Source: a virus
DNA: 64,000 bases
Strand: one strand, 5' to 3'
Virus record (IMG/VR): IMGVR_UViG_3300030109_006161
Span: 45,250 to 109,249 of that record
A program made the position numbers and the translations under genes. The notes under the pieces were generated by a model, which was not told the origin of the DNA, did not search any database, and was given only the letters and a program-made list of their open reading frames with translations. Numbering within the stretch: position 1 is the stretch's first letter; every line of letters starts with the position of its first letter. Shown piece after piece: positions 39,290 through 47,807 of this stretch.

Positions 39290-40099
39290 TTACGCTGGTG
39301 ATATATCCACTATTTTAATTGGTGTAGCGATAAACTCATTCCACAAGGATGTTTTCAATTCACCGTTACAATCGTTCTCTAGGTCAACACAAAGGTTTTC
39401 TTTTTCCCCAGGGTAGCCAAGCCTATAAAGATTGACGCACTTACGACCATTACTTACTGAATAAGATTTTACATCGCTGCGGAAGCCTGCTCGGACATTG
39501 CCTTCGAACTCCATAATCAAATTAGATTCTTTTCTGAAGAAGGGTCGTTCGGCTACCGTGTAAGAAGAAATGTCAAAAGGTTCCCCCTTATCAATTGCTC
39601 TTTGAATTCTTTCAACACCATTTTCAGATGTATAATGAAGCAGTGTTTTGGGGTTGTTAGTTGAGCCGTAGATTTGCTCGGTAAACTCGTCATCTATGAG
39701 AATGTATGGCTCAAGGTCTCCACGGGAATAAAAGTACGCCAATCTTAGCTTGTTAATGTCGGGGAAGTACTCTCCAAACTCTTTGCGAAGTCCCCATACA
39801 CGATGGTTTGCAAAATCCTCAATATGATCCATTACATTTTTGTGAGTAAGGAGATCGTAGCGATCAACTTCCACGTTTAGCTGGAAGTCATAAAAAGAAT
39901 AAACTAACTGCCTTAATTCATCTGGACCATCGATATCGCCACCCCTTATGGAATGACCATCTTTCTGAAGTTTCAATATTTGATTGGCGAAAGTTTCCCA
40001 CTCAGCGATAGTATGGAAAGATGTCTCTGGTTTTATATACCCATGCACGTAAACCTTGACGGCTTCGTTAACAAACTTCTTCCACCTAGTTGAATTCAT
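39290..40099 (-). CDS. Hypothetical protein, possible ADP-ribosyltransferase-like C-domain
   Basis: LLHYTS...ISSYT...WNEF pattern (weak). Confidence 0.4.
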   Translation of the reverse strand: MNSTRWKKFVNEAVKVYVHGYIKPETSFHTIAEWETFANQILKLQKDGHSIRGGDIDGPDELRQLVYSFYDFQLNVEVDRYDLLTHKNVMDHIEDFANHRVWGLRKEFGEYFPDINKLRLAYFYSRGDLEPYILIDDEFTEQIYGSTNNPKTLLHYTSENGVERIQRAIDKGEPFDISSYTVAERPFFRKESNLIMEFEGNVRAGFRSDVKSYSVSNGRKCVNLYRLGYPGEKENLCVDLENDCNGELKTSLWNEFIATPIKIVDISPA

Positions 40100-40299
40100 T
40101 AGAAAGGACCTAATCCAGACTTACCAGACTTTGCAGCTTTTTTTGTGAATGGAGGTGTGTTCTTGTTACCACCTGTTGCCGCAGTTGCGATCCTTTTGTT
40201 CATCCGCCTTTTATAAATTGCTTGCATCTTGCCTTCGGCGGCTGCCTCATTGACTACATTCCGAACAATTTCTTCGAGTCTCTTGAATGATATCTTCAT
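40099..40299 (-). CDS. Small basic, probable virion-internal protein
   Basis: MKISFKRLEEIVRNVVNE N-terminus. Confidence 0.55.
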   Translation of the reverse strand: MKISFKRLEEIVRNVVNEAAAEGKMQAIYKRRMNKRIATAATGGNKNTPPFTKKAAKSGKSGLGPF

Positions 40300-40509
40300 A
40301 ATTTTACATGTAATAGAGAGAGCTATTGAGCCACCACCACCATCCTTTATTTGCTTTCTTTTTTGACATTCTTATCTAACTCCTTGATTTTACTCATAAC
40401 AGATTTGGAAATGTTTTGGATCACATGCATTGTCTTCATTTCGTTAACGATGAAGTTCCATGTCTTATCTTTAGTAATCATTGTTTTCCCAAAATTAGTT
40501 GCCTTATAA

Positions 40510-40938
40510 TTAGTCTATTGTCTTGAATAAGGAACGACTAACATGAGTTGAAATAACACGATCCGCTTTTTTATAATAACCTGTGCTGATAACCATAAAC
40601 TCCCGGTCACCTAATTCGCAACATAAATCAACTTCAACTTTATAAAATGTTTTATCGCCCAAAGTTGTTTCTGGAATGACCTCAATTCGTTCGCTTCGGT
40701 TACCGCTGGCTTGGTTTTGGATTTGTTCGTAGAATATATTCATAGCTTGAAAATGGTTCATGCCAGATATTGAAGCTGTTTTAGCTTGCATGATACGTCT
40801 TGTATTCGTAGCTATCTGTGTTTCTAGTGAGACCGAACTATGCAAGTACATGGCACTAGCAGCAATGATGGCAGCCATGACCAGGGTAACAACAAGAGCG
40901 ATTCCTCTTCGACGTTTATTCCACATTGATAATGACAT
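40510..40938 (-). CDS. PilX/GspK-like minor pilin
   Basis: Basic leader KRRRG|IALVVTLVM, no E5, followed by TQIATN....QA...S.SG PilX_N pattern. Confidence 0.75.
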   Translation of the reverse strand: MSLSMWNKRRRGIALVVTLVMAAIIAASAMYLHSSVSLETQIATNTRRIMQAKTASISGMNHFQAMNIFYEQIQNQASGNRSERIEVIPETTLGDKTFYKVEVDLCCELGDREFMVISTGYYKKADRVISTHVSRSLFKTID

Positions 40939-41257
40939 TCCTAGTAGGTAGATTTACCAGCCCGTCCGGTAAATTTTTATTTTTCAAAGAAAGGTTGTTA
41001 GTAACCCAATCCCTTGTTCTTTGCAAACAAATATTACTTGGGACATTGTTATCCAGACATTCACGCTCTTTTACTTTTACAACCTGACAATAGCATCGCA
41101 TTTTGTTATGCAGATCCATAGCGGGAGATAATGTCATTTGTTCCGGCATAATCTCGTTTGTCCCAGGAACCCAATTAGGGCATTGAATTTGTTGCAAATT
41201 ATAGTACCCATTGTATGGACTAAAAAATGTTAGTAAAAACAGTAACTTATAAATCAT
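40916..41257 (-). CDS. Secreted Cys-rich hypothetical protein
   Basis: Hydrophobic N-terminus, 5 Cys. Confidence 0.5.
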   Translation of the reverse strand: MIYKLLFLLTFFSPYNGYYNLQQIQCPNWVPGTNEIMPEQMTLSPAMDLHNKMRCYCQVVKVKERECLDNNVPSNICLQRTRDWVTNNLSLKNKNLPDGLVNLPTRNVIINVE

Positions 41258-41369
41258 TGAAAAACCTCAACTTTCTTCATCATCTACATAGCCACCGAAA
41301 AAGCCGTTGGCAATAATAAAAGTTATAGCAACACTAAGCGTAAGAAAACCGACCACACACATACCGATA

Positions 41370-41612
41370 CTAATGTACATCATCATAAGTTGTCACCAGA
41401 ATCCTTCCTATGTTATTGGGATATCCCGTATGATATTGTAACCCATATTGTTGAATTATTTTAACACTTTCTTGCAACATGATCTCACTATTGCCCGTAA
41501 TAATCTCTACAAACAAACCAGAGTGTAAGTGTTGCTCTAAAAACCTTACAACCTCGTTTTGGACCTCATGGTGTCGAAGCCCATGTAGATCAAGTTTGGG
41601 AACGGGCATCAA
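41370..41612 (-). CDS. Stand-alone Smr-domain protein
   Basis: LDLHG...IITG...N.G.I.V. Confidence 0.75.
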   Translation of the reverse strand: MMPVPKLDLHGLRHHEVQNEVVRFLEQHLHSGLFVEIITGNSEIMLQESVKIIQQYGLQYHTGYPNNIGRILVTTYDDVH

Positions 41613-41806
41613 TCGCTTTTACCTTGCCGGCAGACCAGGCACCAAGTCTAGCCGACCAGTACCACCAGCCTTTGCCCCGCCGGGCGGTAGTATTTTTTTG
41701 CACCCAAAAGCATAGCAACAGAACTCCGACATAAATTTTTCTCATCACTTAAAATCTCCGATTTTTTTTCTAAAATTTTTTCAAGCAGGCAGGGCAGGCA
41801 AGGCAG

Positions 41807-42025
41807 TTAGCCACTGTCAAAATCGTCAACTCCGTGATAATTCTCTAAACTCAGTAAGCTCTCTTCGCCGGTAGCGCAGTCAACACCATAGAAATATCGG
41901 GAGTGACCGGACTCCCTAGTAATCAAGACAAGAGTACCCGGCTTATGTGGGGAGTAATTGTCAACTGCTGGTAAAGCTCGCACAAGATCCCCAACCTTAT
42001 AAGACCTGCTAGCAATATTAACCAT
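41807..42025 (-). CDS. SH3/KOW-like microprotein
   Basis: YKVGDLVRA. Confidence 0.5.
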   Translation of the reverse strand: MVNIASRSYKVGDLVRALPAVDNYSPHKPGTLVLITRESGHSRYFYGVDCATGEESLLSLENYHGVDDFDSG

Positions 42026-42139
42026 ATGAAGAACCCCCGTGCGGGCGTGCGGACACGGAGCCGCTGGCAATTGCTGAATCTAATATTGAGTACTCTCGCA
42101 AAGTCATGTCTGCTTCTAACTGCTGTTTCTGTTTATAAA

Positions 42140-42358
42140 TCATTTAGAAGCTGCTTTCGTAACTTTAGATAGCAATGTCATTCTTGGTCTAGCTATCCAA
42201 TAGTATTTATCTTGTGATTGAATTTTATACATATTATCTCTTGTCATCCTATAACTTCTTTCTATTACTATTCCTGTTCTAGTTACGGACGCTCCTAAGT
42301 GCCCGTGTATAAACTCTACTAGATCTCCTATTTCATAGTGCCAACCTGTGTCATTCAT
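42140..42358 (-). CDS. SH3/KOW-like microprotein
   Basis: YEIGDLVEF...RTGIVIE...YKI...LLSK. Confidence 0.65.
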   Translation of the reverse strand: MNDTGWHYEIGDLVEFIHGHLGASVTRTGIVIERSYRMTRDNMYKIQSQDKYYWIARPRMTLLSKVTKAASK

Positions 42359-42599
42359 TTTTTATTTCTACCTTTGATAACAACTCTAGATCTTCTCTGT
42401 GGAATATGTGTGTATCATCTTTGTCTGCTAGTTTGATGTGGTAGTAATCTCCCGGACGCTCATAGCCTACCTTTTGTATCTTGTTTTGTTCCGGCACAGA
42501 GTATACTAGCTCTATCACAATCGCTAGCCTACCAGTAAAGTATTTCAATGCTGTCGATGTTATCTTTACTAGATCACCTACATGTAAGATCTTGTCCAT
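42351..42599 (-). CDS. SH3/KOW-like microprotein
   Basis: LHVGDLVKI...AIVIE...YHI...LELLSK. Confidence 0.65.
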   Translation of the reverse strand: MDKILHVGDLVKITSTALKYFTGRLAIVIELVYSVPEQNKIQKVGYERPGDYYHIKLADKDDTHIFHREDLELLSKVEIKNE

Positions 42600-42601
42600 T
42601 G

Positions 42602-42802
42602 TTATTGTTCGCTAGCCTTAGATAAAAGCTTGAGCTTGTCTGTTGTCACCCAAAAGTCTCTAGTACTAGTTTTGATCCGGAAGCGATCTTTGTCTGAGTT
42701 GTACTCTACTACTAGTCCTGTTCGAAGGTTAGTAACGTTTAGGTGGTTGTGTACGAACTGAACTAAATCTCCAACTGCATAGTGTTGTTCTTTTTCACTC
42801 AT
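42602..42802 (-). CDS. SH3/KOW-like microprotein (paralog of 42140-42358)
   Basis: YAVGDLVQFVHNHL...RTGLVVE...LKLLSK. Confidence 0.65.
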   Translation of the reverse strand: MSEKEQHYAVGDLVQFVHNHLNVTNLRTGLVVEYNSDKDRFRIKTSTRDFWVTTDKLKLLSKASEQ

Positions 42803-42808
42803 TGTTTT

Positions 42809-43033
42809 TTACTTCCTTTGCAATTGAAGTTCGTGCAGCAGTACACGCTGTAAGCCTAGCGGCTCTCCAAACAGCACAGCAGCTTCGACCAGAACATCGC
42901 TGGCATCATACTGGGAATCTAACTCCTCTCCTGTATCATAGTCATAGAAGCCGATCATGATGCCTAGTTTGCCGGGAGGTTGCTGCCATGGCTCCCAAAC
43001 TACTAAATCACCTTTCTTGAAATCTGGCATCAC
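42809..43033 (-). CDS. SH3/KOW-like microprotein
   Basis: FKKGDLVVW...LGI. Confidence 0.6.
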   Translation of the reverse strand: MMPDFKKGDLVVWEPWQQPPGKLGIMIGFYDYDTGEELDSQYDASDVLVEAAVLFGEPLGLQRVLLHELQLQRK

Positions 43034-43218
43034 TATGGTTCATCCTGTATTTTATATAGATAGTTTTCTTCCCACCACGAAGGCTGGCTGTTTGAGAACT
43101 GGACCCTGTATTGATTCCGAGAGCGGGGTATGACTTCCTTGTCCAATACTAAACCTATCTTGGCATAGTTTACTATACCTGATTCTATTAGGAAAACAAT
43201 ATCTCCTACTTTAAACAT
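43033..43218 (-). CDS. SH3/KOW-like microprotein
   Basis: FKVGDIVFL...IGLVL...YRVQF. Confidence 0.65.
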   Translation of the reverse strand: MFKVGDIVFLIESGIVNYAKIGLVLDKEVIPRSRNQYRVQFSNSQPSWWEENYLYKIQDEP

Positions 43219-43489
43219 TATACTCTTTTCCTTTCGAAACGTAAAATCTCAGAAAATTAGCTACGTGTTGTGAATGCCCTTAGCACACCCCCCAGGGGGA
43301 GTCAACCCCTAGGGACTAACATTAGGGGCAGAGAGGGCTGGCAAGGCTGGCACACTACAGCAAGCAGTTGCAGTTATGCAAACAAAGCTGGTTATAGCTG
43401 TTACTATACTCTATTATATCTTCATTACTTTTATTTTGTTCCCTCAAAATTTCACATAAAATTCTCTAACTATCGAACATTCTCGGTGA

Positions 43490-44659
43490 TTAGCTGATAG
43501 CAATCACACGCTCATTGGTTTGGAAGTAGGGGCGGCTGGCACCCCGCTCATCAGTCAGCCACATACGCTGGGCTTTGCAGTTCTTAGGCTTAGGTGCTTC
43601 CATATCCGTCAAGATAATAACACCGTCAAAATCTCCACGCTTGTTGACATACTCGGTAGGAGCATCAAAGCAGGTACCGCCGCACATCACTCGCTCGGCT
43701 GAATGACTCTTGCCTTGCTTCCATTCGTAGACAAGCTTATTATCTACCTGGGTATCAAAGGGGATGACCGTGAAGCTGGCAAGCTTAGCAAGCTTATTCA
43801 GTTCGCCGAAGAAGTTCTCAAGCATCTCAGTACTGACACTACCGGACTGGTCGATGGCAATAGCGATCTTAGCTTGGCGCTTTACCTTCTTACCTGGGTG
43901 GATGTAAGCATAGCGCTTGTTGATCCTGCGGACAGTGCTGGATTTGTTAGCACGCTGTGAGGTCTTGATGAAGTACCTTAGTACCTTCTTCCAGTCTACC
44001 TTAGTTTCTAATCGCTTTATGATTTCTTTTTTTAGATCCCCTGAAACTGAACCCCAACCGTTGGGAGACTTGCTGGCTTCCTTAGCAGCTTCCTTCATCC
44101 CCTGTTTGAGTCGCTCCTTAGCCATCTGGTTGGCAGCAGCGGCAGCCTCATCACCTTCTTCATCCCAGCCTGAATGGTCATCAAGCTGTCCCGTGCCTGG
44201 CTCTCCTTCACCCTCACCACCACACTGATCGACCTGATCGTCCGTGATGTTCTTCAAGTACCACTCGGCACTCTTGAGCTTAGGCAGATCCTCAAAGGGA
44301 CCAACACCTGGCATACATGCTAGCTCTGGCAGTTCGCCAACTAAGTGGCTGTTGATAGCCAGGTCAGCAGCAATGTTCCACGTCTTGTGTGGTACACCTT
44401 CAGGCTTACGGCTGGTAACATGCTCGAAGATCAGGTGGTAGAACTCATGCTTGAGTACACCCTTGATGTGATCCTCTGGCAAGCTGGCAAAGAACTCAGG
44501 GTTGTAGATCATTTCGAACTGAGCGGTATCAGGGCATACCCGAACACCAGCAGTTGCGATGCTGCGATCCTCACGCTTTTCTAACTTACGGCTGAGAGCA
44601 GCAAAGAACGGCTCGTCCATCAGCAGTCTGTAAGCATGTAGTTTTAGATCAAAACTCAT
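43490..44659 (-). CDS. DUF2201-type metallopeptidase + VWA protein (MoxR partner)
   Basis: EPFF, TAGV, HEFYH, NIAADLAIN; IDQSGS, GGT.F, LTD. Confidence 0.88.
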   Translation of the reverse strand: MSFDLKLHAYRLLMDEPFFAALSRKLEKREDRSIATAGVRVCPDTAQFEMIYNPEFFASLPEDHIKGVLKHEFYHLIFEHVTSRKPEGVPHKTWNIAADLAINSHLVGELPELACMPGVGPFEDLPKLKSAEWYLKNITDDQVDQCGGEGEGEPGTGQLDDHSGWDEEGDEAAAAANQMAKERLKQGMKEAAKEASKSPNGWGSVSGDLKKEIIKRLETKVDWKKVLRYFIKTSQRANKSSTVRRINKRYAYIHPGKKVKRQAKIAIAIDQSGSVSTEMLENFFGELNKLAKLASFTVIPFDTQVDNKLVYEWKQGKSHSAERVMCGGTCFDAPTEYVNKRGDFDGVIILTDMEAPKPKNCKAQRMWLTDERGASRPYFQTNERVIAIS

Positions 44660-44681
44660 TACTTCTCTCCCTTACATATGT

Positions 44682-44709
44682 ATACTACCACGGTATAGTA
44701 TTCTGTCAA
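44682..44709 (-). promoter_or_regulatory. Early-type promoter
   Basis: TTGACA-16-TAGTAT plus GTAAGGGAGA leader. Confidence 0.82.
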
Positions 44710-44727
44710 CTTTTTATTTATCCCCAC

Positions 44728-44756
44728 AAAAACAAAAGCCCAGCCGAAGCTGAGCC
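44728..44756 (-). terminator. Intrinsic terminator after moxR
   Basis: GCTCAGC-TTCG-GCTGGGC-TTTTGTTTTT. Confidence 0.8.
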
Positions 44757-44790
44757 CTTGCCGATCTCAAAGGAACCGGTGTAAGAGAGA

Positions 44791-45834
44791 TTAGGCTCCC
44801 AAGATCTTACTCAAGTGGCTGCCGACAATGCCATCATTAGCAGAGTGGAATTTGATGACGTTTTCTTGTACGCCGCCAGTTGAGAGTACCGACCAAAGCT
44901 TCATAGCAGCTTCGGAGGGCAGGCTAACGAAGTAGCTAGCAAGGTTATTGATGTGATCGTCGCTGATCTCTGCTTTGCAGACGTCTTCTGCTTCGAGCTT
45001 CTCGATCATGGCACAGTGCTCGTTGAGCGACATGGCAGCCAGAGCGTCAACACGCTCGCCATTGAGAAGCTGATCGACCGTGACAACTCGCTCGTAGTTC
45101 TTAGCGAAGTCGTTGAGAGCGACAGCAGCTTCGAAGCCGACGAAGGACTGAGCCAGGGAGAACATCATGGGGCTAGCTTCTTCCAAGTAGCCAGCACCGT
45201 CAAGCACATCGTTCAGCCGCTTCCAGCTACGACGGCTGGGATAGCGCTTGTTAGGCTCGATGTCACCGTTGTGCTCTAAGTGGCTGCGGTTCTGGTTGAT
45301 GAAGTCCCACACAAGGCTATCAACATTATCTTTACCCCAGGCTAACCAATCTTCAACCGTGGGTTCGATGTCCCAAACACTCCAGCGATCCAGTTCAGCA
45401 GGATCCATTTCATTGACTTGGTATTGTTCCCCATGCTCTCCGCCGTTGATGGCAGCGAACACTACGGTATCTTCATGGAGATGATGACCATTGAGCTTAC
45501 GGCTGTCCGTGAGTTCGAAAATGCCTTGTCGTACTTCTAGCGTAGCACGATCAACCTCATCCAAGAAGAGTACCGAGGGCTCCTCACAAGCTTCCTTGAA
45601 CCAATCGGGAGGATTGAAGCTCGTGCGGTTGCCGTCAATGCTGGGAAGACCGACAAGATCGCCTTCCGTCATTTGGCTGGCACGCCGTTCGATAACGGGC
45701 AGTCCCATTGCAGCAGCAAGCTGATAAACAACTTGGCTCTTGCCAATACCGTGACGACCACGGAGAAGAACTGGAAGCTTGGCAGCGCTGACGGCTGGTG
45801 CAAGCTTGACAAAGGTTTTGAAGTCCACACTCAT
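44791..45834 (-). CDS. MoxR-like AAA+ ATPase
   Basis: GRHGIGKS, DLVGLP, LFLDEVDR, MDPAELDR, PSRRSW. Confidence 0.9.
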   Translation of the reverse strand: MSVDFKTFVKLAPAVSAAKLPVLLRGRHGIGKSQVVYQLAAAMGLPVIERRASQMTEGDLVGLPSIDGNRTSFNPPDWFKEACEEPSVLFLDEVDRATLEVRQGIFELTDSRKLNGHHLHEDTVVFAAINGGEHGEQYQVNEMDPAELDRWSVWDIEPTVEDWLAWGKDNVDSLVWDFINQNRSHLEHNGDIEPNKRYPSRRSWKRLNDVLDGAGYLEEASPMMFSLAQSFVGFEAAVALNDFAKNYERVVTVDQLLNGERVDALAAMSLNEHCAMIEKLEAEDVCKAEISDDHINNLASYFVSLPSEAAMKLWSVLSTGGVQENVIKFHSANDGIVGSHLSKILGA

Positions 45835-45858
45835 GTTATCTCTCTCCCTTACACTAGT

Positions 45859-45886
45859 ATATTACCACCGATACACTACCTGTCAA
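45859..45886 (-). promoter_or_regulatory. Early-type promoter
   Basis: TTGACA-16-TAATAT plus GTAAGGGAGA leader. Confidence 0.85.
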
Positions 45887-46193
45887 CTTTTAAATGCACT
45901 TTATTTAGTTTTATTTGCCCTATAAACTCTGCCTGCCTCATGATATAATGGTAGGATGCCTGCTTATATTAGTCCTTTACAATATGTATATTACTATGTA
46001 TTTGACACTCAGAGACAATCACTTCCAAATGCAGCCAAAGGCTGGCAATGCTGTAAAACGTTGTAATAACTCACATTCTCTTTTATTCTAACTATAATTT
46101 ACAGTCACTTCAATGGGTTGTGTGTACCGTGCAATAATTGCAGTGTATTATGCAGTTTATGCAGCAGCAATCTGCAACAGGCTGAAAAGGCTA

Positions 46194-46667
46194 TCAGAAC
46201 TTGATCTTCTTATCATCGGCAGACTCAATATAATCCTCAATAGAACCACTGAACTGGCTGGCACCCTCAAGCAGATCGTAGATAGATAAAGTGTCTTCTG
46301 TGCTCTCTGGGTCTACATGTATCTTACCTGAGAATATTCTTGATATTGTACTAGGGCTGATCTTCATATTGAAGAACCTTTTACTAAATGATTTAGCTAT
46401 TTCTCTTGTGCTAAACTTACCTTGTTGTTCTCTTATCCAGTCTACATGTAGTTTCGTTAGTTTGTGTGATTTTTGTCTTCTTTTTTTGGCTCGCCTTGCA
46501 TTTTGATCTCGTAGATTAGACAGAGTACAGGTTCGGCATCTCGGCTTGTAGCCATCCTTGGTGACACCAGCAGTGTGCTTATAATATTCCGAGACGGGTT
46601 GGACTCGCTCACACTTGGTACACTGTTTGACCCAATCGCCGTTCTCGTTGAAAAAAGCAGCAGGCAT
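46194..46667 (-). CDS. Zn-finger + HTH DNA-binding protein
   Basis: KQCTKC...RCRTC; STREIAK...ISPSTISRI. Confidence 0.65.
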   Translation of the reverse strand: MPAAFFNENGDWVKQCTKCERVQPVSEYYKHTAGVTKDGYKPRCRTCTLSNLRDQNARRAKKRRQKSHKLTKLHVDWIREQQGKFSTREIAKSFSKRFFNMKISPSTISRIFSGKIHVDPESTEDTLSIYDLLEGASQFSGSIEDYIESADDKKIKF

Positions 46668-46879
46668 GACTCAAACCTCTTCCCGCAAAGCATCAAAGGC
46701 AGAGTACAATGCTATCGGAATACACATCACTAAAAGCTTGAATAAGTTCTTCATCAGTCTCGGTGTTCATTGTTATCTTCTTTGAGCTTCTCAATAAGCA
46801 GATCAAGGAATTCCATGGTAAGCTTAGCTGTAAAGAATCCACCCACAGCAACAGCAATAAGTAAAAGTACTATCTGCAT

Positions 46880-47299
46880 CTAAAACTCCTCGCAGTGAAT
46901 CTCGTCAGGATTACAACTCACGGGAGGATTCCAGAAGTCATGGTATACTTGTCGCCATGCAGAATGTGGTTTTACCTCCATGGTTTGTAAGTGTGACATC
47001 AAATCATGATCTCGTGGTACACCGAAGACGAACTTACATAAATTAAGCCGGCGCTTGATGTCTTCCTTCACTTTAGGATTTTCTTCTTTACGATCCGCAA
47101 AGACCATCATCATACAATAGCGGTTAAACTCTTCCATCTCTTTTAATCGCACATCGAGACGCTCACAACAAGCTTCCTGATTTGTATAAACTTTGGCACG
47201 GACAGCACAACCGGAGGAGGCTAGCAACAACACGAGTAGACTTGCTACTATACCTCCCAATGTTACCCACTCAACCATGGTAAAGTTTTTATAATTCAT
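46880..47299 (-). CDS. Putative lipoprotein
   Basis: Hydrophobic stretch ending ASSGC. Confidence 0.55.
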   Translation of the reverse strand: MNYKNFTMVEWVTLGGIVASLLVLLLASSGCAVRAKVYTNQEACCERLDVRLKEMEEFNRYCMMMVFADRKEENPKVKEDIKRRLNLCKFVFGVPRDHDLMSHLQTMEVKPHSAWRQVYHDFWNPPVSCNPDEIHCEEF

Positions 47300-47300
47300 C

Positions 47301-47807
47301 TTAGTCTCCTTCACTATCTGGGACAATATATAGTTCTTTACAGGATTCACCGAATCTACCGATTGGATCCCAGATCATCTCATCAACCTCGTCCACCTCA
47401 TCTCGTTCATACATCTCGCTGATGACGCTTGCATCGACATCTAGCAACACTTCATCGTGAAGCAGATCTTTATTCATTACTGCGTAGCCGTGGACGTAGC
47501 TTTCGTATGAGTTAACCATGGCGGCGAGGATTAGCTTGTCTTCAAAATATTGAGTTGTGCTACAACCTCGCAACCAATCAACAGGAGCCTCCCACTTGGT
47601 TCGACATATGAATGACAGTTCGTCAGTTCGTCGGTCGTGTTCTAAATCCTCCAGTTCAATATAAGCGGTCGAGCCCCACTCTCTCTTGAAAGGAACCACG
47701 TCTTCAAAAAACTGTTCGCTGTCGATTGCAACATTTTCACTTAGCTCCTGAAACTCGGCGCTGGTAAAGTTGTGTACTGTTACATACGTTAGGGTACCCT
47801 TAGACAT
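47301..47807 (-). CDS. Acidic hypothetical protein
   Basis: ORF track; WG...F..TKWEAP pattern. Confidence 0.55.
   Translation of the reverse strand: MSKGTLTYVTVHNFTSAEFQELSENVAIDSEQFFEDVVPFKREWGSTAYIELEDLEHDRRTDELSFICRTKWEAPVDWLRGCSTTQYFEDKLILAAMVNSYESYVHGYAVMNKDLLHDEVLLDVDASVISEMYERDEVDEVDEMIWDPIGRFGESCKELYIVPDSEGD

Noticed and set aside
43520-45948. Multiple plus-strand ORFs over moxR/VWA, and similar ones over 49488-49967 and groEL
   Set aside because: Antisense shadows of GC-richer coding sequence, with no motifs
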